A stretch of 32,000 nucleotides of DNA from Candidatus Lokiarchaeum ossiferum (lineage in GTDB: Archaea > Asgardarchaeota > Lokiarchaeia > Sigyniarchaeales > Promethearchaeaceae). Of this stretch, positions 15,954 to 23,748 are shown one piece after another (the stretch's first letter is position 1; each line of letters starts with the position of its first letter). The notes under the pieces were generated by a model. The model did no database searches, was not told the DNA's origin, and was given only the letters and a program-made list of their open reading frames with translations. A program made the position numbers and the translations under genes. The stretch lies in assembly GCA_025839675.1 (NCBI GenBank), contig CP104013.1, forward strand, positions 1,530,001 through 1,562,000. Direction: 5' to 3'.

Positions 15954-17639
15954 TTATTTTTCAATAATGTAGGCCATGGATTTTTTCCCCTTTTTTTCAA
16001 GTCGGATTAAATTTGCCTCAACTAACTTATCCAAGTGATATTTAATTGTCTTTCGATTCAACTCCATCCGAGTTGCAATGCGATTTTGAATTATGCCGGG
16101 GTTTTCTGAAATAATCTCAAAGATTTGCAGTGTTTTCTTACTTTTCGCAATCTTGGGATTAAAATTAGCGAAGGGATTTTTTTCTAAATATGGAAAAAAG
16201 ACAATATAATTGCCTACTCTTTGTTTGTAAATAATTTTATAGGTTTCAAGGATATCTAAATGCCATGCTAAATTACTTGGGGATGTGTCGATCTGCCGTA
16301 ATAATTCGCTATAATGAATTCCGGCTTCATCGATGATAAGGTCTATTAATCTACTGCGAAACTCATTTTCTAACACTTCTTCCATCGATAATCGATGGGG
16401 AAATGTGTTCATTGGAAGAAATCGGTCTGTTAGGTAATGGCGATATTGTTCCTTAGACATCGCAAACCCAAATATAATAACTATCAACCCAAGTAATGAA
16501 AAGATATAAAATAAGGGCTCATTCAACAAAGTAGAAATATTAAAAACAAAGGGATCAATTATAATTCCGATAACACCCATCTTAGGATCATGAAAAATAT
16601 GGTCTCCTCTAGGATAATTGAGATATAATATCGAATTTTCATCATTAAAACTCACTAAGACATCTCTATGCACATTATCAACAAGAACCGAATTTTCCCA
16701 ACTGAACATCCCTGAAAAAGAATTATCAGTAGTATGTAATCCATTCTCATTTTGGGAATACCCCTTTTTTTCATCTTCGGTTTCATCTTCATACTCATAC
16801 TCTTTATCCGATTCTAATGAAGTAGAGAGTGCAATTTGAGAGAAGTTGGATAAGAAAGGAAAATTCGAGATCTCTATGTCAAACTTCATCTGAGTAGGAG
16901 TCTGTATAGTTCCACTAATGTTTTCAAATTCTTCAACAAAGTAAAACCTTAAGAGAAAAACATCATCGATTGTGGAAATTGTTAAGATGTGAATCGTTGA
17001 ATTTGATAAAGTTGTGGAAGTTGAATAATTTATGGGATAAAATTGTGGAAATTCATAAGTTTGAATTATCTCATCGACATTTGGATTATATACATCATTG
17101 TTATTGATGTCTATAAATTCAATCAGATTTGAAAAGAATATTTCGAATTTCAATTTGATTTCGTCCGAATTATACTCTGATTCATATTCTAATTCTAATC
17201 CCACTCCAATATCGGATATTTTTACGCTGAATTGAATTTTATCTTTCATTGATTCCATTTTTCGAACGGATTGAATTTTAGCTTCTTCAGACGAAACTTC
17301 AATCTCCAGTTCTCGTTCATTTTCCTGTTCTTTTTCATCCTTAATCTTATCGTTATCTTTATCTTCTGGATCTTCCGGTTCTTCGGGGTCTTCGGGATCT
17401 TCCGGTTCTTCGGGGTCTTCGGGATCTTCCGGTTCTTCGAGGTCTTCGGGATCTTCGAGGTCTTCGGGATCTTCGGGATCTTCGGGATTTTCAGAATTTT
17501 TAGTAATATCTGCACCCATTTCATCAGAAGTAGAGGTTTTTTGAAATGAAGTCGCTGCATCCCATAGAAAAATATTTGCAAATAATCCTATAATTAGAAT
17601 AAACCCAATACTTCTGCGATGTTTTGATACAAGATTCAT
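15954..17639 (-). CDS. membrane-tethered protein: acidic-repeat linker + uncharacterised ectodomain + TM helix + two cytoplasmic winged-helix DNA-binding domains
   Basis: 561 aa. N-terminal anchor at residues 9-25 follows 'KHRRS'. (PED/PEE)n occupies residues 50-93, and ectodomain residues ~110-360 are homologous to the upstream ORF. The TM helix is 'LFYIFSLLGLIVIIFGFAM' (375-394). Two ArsR/MarR-like wHTH units follow: 'IHYSELLRQIDTSPSNLAWHLDILETYKIIYKQRVGNYIVFF' and 'IIQNRIATRMELNRKTIKYHLDKLVEANLIRLEKKGKKSMAYI'. Confidence 0.8.
   Translation of the reverse strand: MNLVSKHRRSIGFILIIGLFANIFLWDAATSFQKTSTSDEMGADITKNSENPEDPEDPEDLEDPEDLEEPEDPEDPEEPEDPEDPEEPEDPEDKDNDKIKDEKEQENERELEIEVSSEEAKIQSVRKMESMKDKIQFSVKISDIGVGLELEYESEYNSDEIKLKFEIFFSNLIEFIDINNNDVYNPNVDEIIQTYEFPQFYPINYSTSTTLSNSTIHILTISTIDDVFLLRFYFVEEFENISGTIQTPTQMKFDIEISNFPFLSNFSQIALSTSLESDKEYEYEDETEDEKKGYSQNENGLHTTDNSFSGMFSWENSVLVDNVHRDVLVSFNDENSILYLNYPRGDHIFHDPKMGVIGIIIDPFVFNISTLLNEPLFYIFSLLGLIVIIFGFAMSKEQYRHYLTDRFLPMNTFPHRLSMEEVLENEFRSRLIDLIIDEAGIHYSELLRQIDTSPSNLAWHLDILETYKIIYKQRVGNYIVFFPYLEKNPFANFNPKIAKSKKTLQIFEIISENPGIIQNRIATRMELNRKTIKYHLDKLVEANLIRLEKKGKKSMAYIIEK
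17362..17492. repeat. in-frame tandem repeat (27-nt units built of 9-nt subunits) encoding (PED/PEE)n
   Basis: 'ggatcttccggttcttcggggtcttcg' occurs identically at 17368-17394 and 17395-17421. A third copy with one mismatch is at 17422-17448, followed by one 18-nt and two 9-nt partial units. Confidence 0.9.
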
Positions 17640-17705
17640 TTTAAGAACTCACTTTAGGAAGATACTTAAAAAAAGAAAGAGAAATCTTTCTAAAAAAACT
17701 ATTTA

Positions 17706-18896
17706 TTACTTCTTTTTCTTAAAAACAATTAACGCAATTGAAATTCCTGCAATGCCAAACATAATCCAAAGAGGATATCCAGGAATATTTGCAATCAAAT
17801 CTGAAATAGCTCCGTCAGTTGGATTGGTTGATACATCGGTTGACATCATAGGTGATTCTGTAAGTAATCCTTGAACACCTATTTTTGGATCATGATATAT
17901 ATTAGTTCCATGAGGGTAATTGAAGAATATTTTCTCATCATTGACATCAATATCATCTGCTGAAACGGGATTGACTAGTACATCTTCACTCATCCCGTCG
18001 ATATTTGCATATTCTGCCCATGTAAAGGCGGCGGCAAACCCATTCATTACACTTGCAAGTCCTGATTCTTGAACTGCGAATCCATTCACTTCATCTTCTG
18101 TATCGTGTTCTACAGCATATTCGGATTCGGATTCTAATTTTGTGTACAGTGCTAAACGAGATGTTGAATTCAAGAATGGAAAGTCGTTTATTTCAATATC
18201 AAGTTTCACTTGGGTGGGAGTAATTGTGGTGGAATTCACGTTCATAAATTCTCCTGCCGCAAATAAATGGATAGTAAATACATCATCAGCAGTGCCAATT
18301 TTAATGTAATGGAGAACTGAAGAATCATTTTGTGTTATTGCGGTATATTCCGGATCTTTGAATGTATCTATTAGGTATTCTTGCAGAATAGTGTCATTGG
18401 ATTTATTAAACATTCCATCTCCATCAATATCTACGTATTCAATGATTTTTTTAAACACGGTCTTGAATTCCACTTCCAATTCAGATTCGGTTGTCGCATT
18501 TTCGTATTCAGACTCAAACTCGAGCTTAAGCGCAATTCCATCATCCCAATGAATTTTCACTTGAAATTTGTTAGTGACATTTCCGTGTTCCATCTTTGAT
18601 TCAATTTGAATTTCATTTTCTGATACTTCGATCTGAACTTCACGTTTATTTTCATCTTCATATTCATCATCGATGTCATCATTATCCTCATCAATATCTT
18701 CATCTTTAGCAAGATTTTCATCTATGCTATCGTTTGTTTCTTCATCTTCATTGTCATCAGTTTCATTTACCGTATTCAAACTGATTCCAGCATTCCTTTC
18801 ACTCTCTAGTGAGGTATTATAAATTTGACCATTCACAATACCTAAAGAAAGAAAGAATGCTCCCAATAAAACCAAACCAATTAATTTTTTTTTCAT
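17706..18896 (-). CDS. cell-surface acidic protein, paralog of the ectodomain of 15954-17639
   Basis: 396 aa. Signal peptide 'MKKKLIGLVLLGAFFLSLGIVNG', then a D/E/N-rich linker. A DxDxDG loop 'VDIDGDGMFNKSND' lies at nt 18393-18431. Conserved blocks are shared with the downstream gene. C-terminal tail: 'IPGYPLWIMFGIAGISIALIVFKKKK'. Confidence 0.8.
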   Translation of the reverse strand: MKKKLIGLVLLGAFFLSLGIVNGQIYNTSLESERNAGISLNTVNETDDNEDEETNDSIDENLAKDEDIDEDNDDIDDEYEDENKREVQIEVSENEIQIESKMEHGNVTNKFQVKIHWDDGIALKLEFESEYENATTESELEVEFKTVFKKIIEYVDIDGDGMFNKSNDTILQEYLIDTFKDPEYTAITQNDSSVLHYIKIGTADDVFTIHLFAAGEFMNVNSTTITPTQVKLDIEINDFPFLNSTSRLALYTKLESESEYAVEHDTEDEVNGFAVQESGLASVMNGFAAAFTWAEYANIDGMSEDVLVNPVSADDIDVNDEKIFFNYPHGTNIYHDPKIGVQGLLTESPMMSTDVSTNPTDGAISDLIANIPGYPLWIMFGIAGISIALIVFKKKK

Positions 18897-19036
18897 AATA
18901 AGCTCTAAACATCACATCTCGTGAAGGATATATAAAGAAATTGGGAGGATTTTGACCCTACAAATTTGTATATGCAAGTTTTTAGAAATTTACCGGTCCC
19001 TTGCTTTTTATCTTCTTAGTCAGTCTATCATTATTT

Positions 19037-19288
19037 ATGGTAGTTACTCATCCGTTTAAAGTTGCGTTAGAAAAAGAAATTGCGACTTGGAACAATTATC
19101 GTCGGGGGCTTCGGCCAGAGGATCGTCTATATTTTGATGAAGTCATGAATGCAGCTCGAAAACATTGGAAAGAAATAGGGGCTTGTCAACGATTGGTACC
19201 GATGGAACCGATTTTTCTTAGCGTGATGGTAGAACAACAAAGAAAATTGGAAGAATTGAAAAAAGAATTGAAACAAATAATGATATGA
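19037..19288 (+). CDS. small hypothetical protein (helical, charged)
   Basis: The track ORF starts at TTG 19001; an in-frame ATG is at 19037 (MVVTHPFKVALEKEIATWNNYRRGLRPEDRLYFDEVMNAARKHW...). Composition is balanced and protein-like, and it is divergent from 17706-18896. No family recognised. Confidence 0.45.
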   Translation: MVVTHPFKVALEKEIATWNNYRRGLRPEDRLYFDEVMNAARKHWKEIGACQRLVPMEPIFLSVMVEQQRKLEELKKELKQIMI

Positions 19289-19599
19289 TCTATAAAAGAT
19301 ACCTAAATTCTTAATTTCAATGCATTTTCGGCATAACATAAATAAGATTCATTCCAATTGGTAATAATGAAAGAATAAATAGTATAATTCTAATCATGAC
19401 ATTCTTATTCACCTTATTTCACAGGTACGATTAAATATGTATAAAAATGCTGTGATCAAAGTACTTTCTAATTTAAAGTTACGAATTTTTAATTTATGAC
19501 AAGAAATTAGAGACAACTCGCTCCTATTATGAAAAATCTGGAACTTTTCTTATTTTAAATAATATAGAAAAAATTTAATGACCTTGAAAAATAACCAAA

Positions 19600-19959
19600 T
19601 TATTCTTCCTTAGGTTTCCATTGCCAAGCAATCCATATAGACAATAAATTGAAACATACATAAACAATTGTCAATAAATATCCCCAACCTACATGAACAT
19701 CGAAGAAATTCATGACATTGAATACGAGAAATATAGGGGGAACAACAAGGTTTAAAATCCTGACCACTTTGCGCTTGCAGAAGAGAGGTAATAAGATCAT
19801 AACAGTCTGAATGATTGCCAGGGGAGTTGCTACAAATAATAATAGTGAGTCGTCTGCGACTTCCGTGATTTCTTGCATGAGGGATAGCATGTCTCCAAAA
19901 GTCCAAAGTAAAAATTGAGATATCCAAATAGCCGAAAGTTTGAGTTTTGTGTCTTCCAT
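19600..19959 (-). CDS. small integral membrane protein (about 4 TM helices)
   Basis: 119 aa with ATG start and four hydrophobic segments. I prefer it over the overlapping alternative frame 19610-19969, which is Cys/Arg/His-rich and not protein-like. Confidence 0.6.
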   Translation of the reverse strand: MEDTKLKLSAIWISQFLLWTFGDMLSLMQEITEVADDSLLLFVATPLAIIQTVMILLPLFCKRKVVRILNLVVPPIFLVFNVMNFFDVHVGWGYLLTIVYVCFNLLSIWIAWQWKPKEE

Positions 19960-20108
19960 AGATTTTCACTTCAATAATAGGTTGAATTGAAAAGTCACAT
20001 TTCTAATACCATGATGAAACCTTTGGATCACCCTATTAATATATTGATATTATTCAATATGAATATTAAAACTTAGTAAGAATTTAGCTAATTAAGGAGA
20101 AATTGAAT

Positions 20109-20144
20109 AAAAACAAAAAATGTCACTTAATATTTTTTGTTTTT
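20109..20144. repeat. perfect 13-bp inverted repeat with a 10-nt spacer
   Basis: AAAAACAAAAAAT (20109-20121) - gtcacttaat - ATTTTTTGTTTTT (20132-20144), located in the 507-nt divergent intergenic region. Confidence 0.6.
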
Positions 20145-20466
20145 GAATAAGTGGTCAATTTTATCATCGACAACTAACTTAATATAGCACGAGAAATAAT
20201 GAAAATTTAAATAACCGTATTTCAAGCACGCCCATTTGATTGCTATTGATCTTGGATATACATCAGTAGTGTTTTTTAATGAAAGCGAATAAATCAAGGA
20301 AGAAAAATATAATAAAAACCTTTGATATATGAATTGAATCCTGCGAATGATGAACTGTTTTGTTAAAATTATTAATTAATTTTGAGTAATCTATGTTCGA
20401 AAACTATCCCCTATATTTTAAATATCAAATTGATGGTAACATGATTAGAAGAGGAGTGATTCAAAA

Positions 20467-21594
20467 ATGCAATTTGACTTATTTTACCATGTGGTAAGAA
20501 AATTTAACAAAAGAAGAAATATCATTATGTTCGGATGTGGAACATTGATATTATTATCAACGATCATGATTTATTCAGAAAGTGCGATGGGAGATACCCA
20601 ATTAATAACGCAAAATATGAGTGACACACCAAAATCAGCCACAAATTATGGACATCTTCAGATATCAGAGCAAAATAATTGGTCCACCTATCCAGAAATC
20701 GCCCAGGGAAAAGGAACATATGATGAACCATATATTATCGACGGGGTCACTTTTGATGCAAATTACCTGAAATTTTCCTTGAAGATATCAAATACTCAAG
20801 ATTATATGATATTTCGGAATTGTGTCTTTAATGGGTCCTATAATGGTGATAGTGGTTCGTTCATAATCGATTCATGCTCCAATATTGACATCATCAGCTG
20901 TGAAATTATCAATAATGAACAGACGGGATTATTTATTAAAGATTCACAGAATATTACTGTTTTTCAGACGACGATTGAATATAATTCTGACACAGGTATA
21001 TCATGTTCAAATTCTTCCAATATCACTTTTGAATCGAATATAATTGAGGCTACTGATGGTATAGGAATCCTGATCGAATCAAATTCACACAATATTGAGA
21101 TTTTAAAAAATGGTATTGGTTATAATGAAATTGGAATAAAAATTATGTCTTCGAGCTCGTATGTCAATGTTACTGAGAATGATTTTGATGGGAACTCAAA
21201 TTATCATGTGATACTCGTTCAATCATCATTTAACAGTATCATTGGAAATACATTATCTGAAAATGATGGAAATGAAATCATCGATGAAAGCAATGATGAA
21301 ACAAATACAATAAGGGATAATAGTATTACATATCTTCTTGGGGAATTCTATTTAGAGCAAGATTATATGTTGCTAGTTTATTATGGATTAATTATTGGAA
21401 TAGTTATAACCGCTGTCATAATAGGGCGGATAAGAAAAAGAAAACGTTCTGCAAATAAACAAAAGATTAACGTAAATCGAATAAAGGATTTTTGTCCCCA
21501 TTGTGGTGAAATTTTGCCAAAAATTCCACATAAAGAGATCTCTAATCAACCAAGAGTTAATTATTGTGAACATTGTGGAGAAAAAATACTTTAA
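20467..21594 (+). CDS. surface right-handed beta-helix (PbH1-repeat) protein with a C-terminal TM helix and cytoplasmic zinc ribbon
   Basis: GAGGAG lies about 10 nt upstream of the ATG. N-terminal anchor 'IIMFGCGTLILLSTIMIY'. About 22-residue repeats such as 'SNIDIISCEIINNEQTGLFIKDSQNITVFQTTIEYNSDTGISCSNSSNITFESNIIEATDGIGILIESNSHNIEILKN' resemble NosD/pectate-lyase-like parallel beta-helix proteins. TM helix 'LLVYYGLIIGIVITAVIIG' is followed by 'RIRKRKR', then 'CPHCGE...(17)...CEHCGE'. Confidence 0.8.
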   Translation: MQFDLFYHVVRKFNKRRNIIMFGCGTLILLSTIMIYSESAMGDTQLITQNMSDTPKSATNYGHLQISEQNNWSTYPEIAQGKGTYDEPYIIDGVTFDANYLKFSLKISNTQDYMIFRNCVFNGSYNGDSGSFIIDSCSNIDIISCEIINNEQTGLFIKDSQNITVFQTTIEYNSDTGISCSNSSNITFESNIIEATDGIGILIESNSHNIEILKNGIGYNEIGIKIMSSSSYVNVTENDFDGNSNYHVILVQSSFNSIIGNTLSENDGNEIIDESNDETNTIRDNSITYLLGEFYLEQDYMLLVYYGLIIGIVITAVIIGRIRKRKRSANKQKINVNRIKDFCPHCGEILPKIPHKEISNQPRVNYCEHCGEKIL

Positions 21595-21627
21595 CCCATT
21601 TTTACTTACTTTTTCTAATAAAATTGC

Positions 21628-21996
21628 TTATTTTGGACAATAGGCTATGCCATCGATCTGGCATTTCAATCCTTCCGGACCACCTTTATGAGCAAATTCT
21701 GTCGAAAGGGTTTTTCGAGCAGGATAAACACCCTTAAATTTCTCTTTGAAGACAGCTTCCATAATAGGGATGTCCCAAGGATCCCGAAGTAACACATTGA
21801 CTTGGACCACAGCAGATAAAGTCATGTCAAAGAGGGTTAAACGTCGCTCCATATCTTCGAGAGCACCTTCGACTTGTTCTTTGATGGTTCCCCCAACATT
21901 TCCTACACAAAAGGTTAAAAAAATATAATCACCGGCTTTAACAGCACCTGAATATGCATATTCAGAATTAACATCTTTTCGTATTATATCACCCAT
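21628..21996 (-). CDS. RidA/YjgF/L-PSP-family protein
   Basis: 'YAYSGAVKAGDYIF', 'QVEGALEDMERRL', 'VVQVNVLLRD' and 'YPARKTLS...IDGIAY' follow the RidA fold pattern. The track start at 22008 is TTG; I use the ATG at 21996 (MGDIIRKD...). Confidence 0.8.
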   Translation of the reverse strand: MGDIIRKDVNSEYAYSGAVKAGDYIFLTFCVGNVGGTIKEQVEGALEDMERRLTLFDMTLSAVVQVNVLLRDPWDIPIMEAVFKEKFKGVYPARKTLSTEFAHKGGPEGLKCQIDGIAYCPK

Positions 21997-22526
21997 AAGG
22001 AATAACAAAATTAAGAGATAATTTAAAGCTACTCCTCAATGAAAAACTTATTTACGATTAAATTGGTAGAATAAAACCTAAGATAAAAAGCGAGATTTCG
22101 AATTTATTCTTAAACTGATGATATTAGTTTGATAAAAAAAGATAAATATTTGCTAGTAGAACTTGGACCCCTATTCTTTTATGTTGTCTTAAAGCTTAAG
22201 AAAGGTATAAGTTAAAACAAACAACTAAGGGTGAAAACATGGAAATAATAATAAATGTGAACGAATATATCAAGTATGAAAAATTAGAAGATTCTTTATA
22301 GCAATTGAAACAATTCTATGCAAATAACTTTTTTTCCTTTGAAATATCAGTATTTCACTTATGTTCTTAAGATGAAACTTGACCTAAGTTGAATGAAAAT
22401 ATTTTAACCATTAGAAGTAATTATATTAAATGAGAAGATTTGAAAGTATACGTGTGATAAACATGTATTAATTCGCATGTTAGTATTGAAAAAGGTTTAA
22501 CCTGAAAAAATAGAGAATGATAGGTA

Positions 22527-23546
22527 ATGAAAAAAATACGTTTAGGAAGAACTGATTTAGAAGTATCAAGAATTGGTATGGGAGGAATTCCCTTACAACG
22601 TCCTTCTGAAGAAAATGCAGTTAAACTAATTAAATTTGCCTTGGATCAAGGCATAAATCTAATTGATACATCCCGACATTATGGCACAAGCGAAGAACGA
22701 ATTGGAAAAGCATTGAAAGGCCGGAGGGATGAAGTTATTTTAATTACACGACAAAGTTTAATGGACGGAATGACAGCAAAGAAGAACTTGCAACAAAGTT
22801 TAGCCACACTTCAAACGGATTACATTGATGTTTGGGAATTTCATAATGTGGGAAAAGAAAAATATGAGAATTTATTAAAACCTGGGAGCGCCTTCGATGT
22901 TGCTAAACAAGCGCAAAAGGAAGGCAAAATCAAACATATAGGTATAACGAGTCATTGTTTTGAAACTATGAAGAAAGCTATTATTTCAGAAAACTTTGAT
23001 GTGGTGTTATTTCCATTCAATTTTGTCAACAATGAAGCAGCAGATTCCCTAATTCCTTTAGCAAAAAAATTAGACATTGGATTTACTTCGATGAAACCTT
23101 TTGCTGGAGGTAGATTGCAAAATGCATCTCTTGTTATGAAGTATCTTATGCAATTTGACGATGTAATCCCTGTTCCAGGATTTGAGAAAATCGAGGAAAT
23201 TGAAGAAGTAGTTAAAATAGTAGAGGGAAACTACAAACTATCAACCGAAGAAATGCATCAAATTGATCTAATGAAAAAAGATCTCGGAAAAAAATTCTGC
23301 CAATGGTGTGGCTATTGCATGCCTAGCTGTCCCCAAGATATTTATATTCCAGGAGTAATCAATCTTAAGGTAAGTTACAATTTATGGCCCCAAGGAGACT
23401 TTGTAGCTAATTATCAAAAAGAAGTTAATAAAGCAAAAAAATGTATTGAATGTCGAATTTGTGAGAGTAAATGCCCCTATAGCTTAGAAACCGTCAATTT
23501 ATTAAAGAAAGGGATTGGTTTTTTTGACAGCATAGCCCAACTTTGA
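22527..23546 (+). CDS. aldo/keto reductase fused to a C-terminal 2x[4Fe-4S]-type Cys-cluster domain
   Basis: AKR N-terminus 'LGRTDLEVSRIGMGGIPL...INLIDTSRHYGTSEERIGKAL'. Cys motifs 'CQWCGYCMPSCP' and 'CIECRICESKCP'. This is a known COG1453-type architecture. Confidence 0.85.
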   Translation: MKKIRLGRTDLEVSRIGMGGIPLQRPSEENAVKLIKFALDQGINLIDTSRHYGTSEERIGKALKGRRDEVILITRQSLMDGMTAKKNLQQSLATLQTDYIDVWEFHNVGKEKYENLLKPGSAFDVAKQAQKEGKIKHIGITSHCFETMKKAIISENFDVVLFPFNFVNNEAADSLIPLAKKLDIGFTSMKPFAGGRLQNASLVMKYLMQFDDVIPVPGFEKIEEIEEVVKIVEGNYKLSTEEMHQIDLMKKDLGKKFCQWCGYCMPSCPQDIYIPGVINLKVSYNLWPQGDFVANYQKEVNKAKKCIECRICESKCPYSLETVNLLKKGIGFFDSIAQL

Positions 23547-23748
23547 AAAAATTTAGGATTGTAAGAATTTTCAGAAAGGGAATTTATTGATTACCTTATA
23601 TTTTTCACTTTGAAATTTTTTCCACAATCAACCATCTTAGAGAACAAACGAGTAACAGGTCAAAAACCAGCAATTAGAAGAAAAATAAAAATAAAAATTA
23701 ACAGAAATTTAGATGTGAAAAAAGATAGGAAATAAGCGGAGTGTATGT

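Noticed and set aside
17362-17492. Possible CRISPR array (short direct repeats)
   Set aside because: The units are contiguous (9/27 nt) with no spacers. They are in frame within a long ORF and encode an acidic linker, so this is not CRISPR.
17246-17581. Track ORFs 17246-17581 (-) and 17271-17549 (+), rich in KIPK / FGIF repeats
   Set aside because: They are alternative-frame or antisense readings of the (PED)n tandem repeat inside the 561-aa gene. Their periodic low-complexity composition is an artefact of the repeat.
19610-19969. Alternative-frame 119-aa ORF overlapping 19600-19959
   Set aside because: It is on the same strand in a different frame. The chosen frame gives four clean TM helices, whereas this one is Cys/Arg/His/Ser-rich and irregular.
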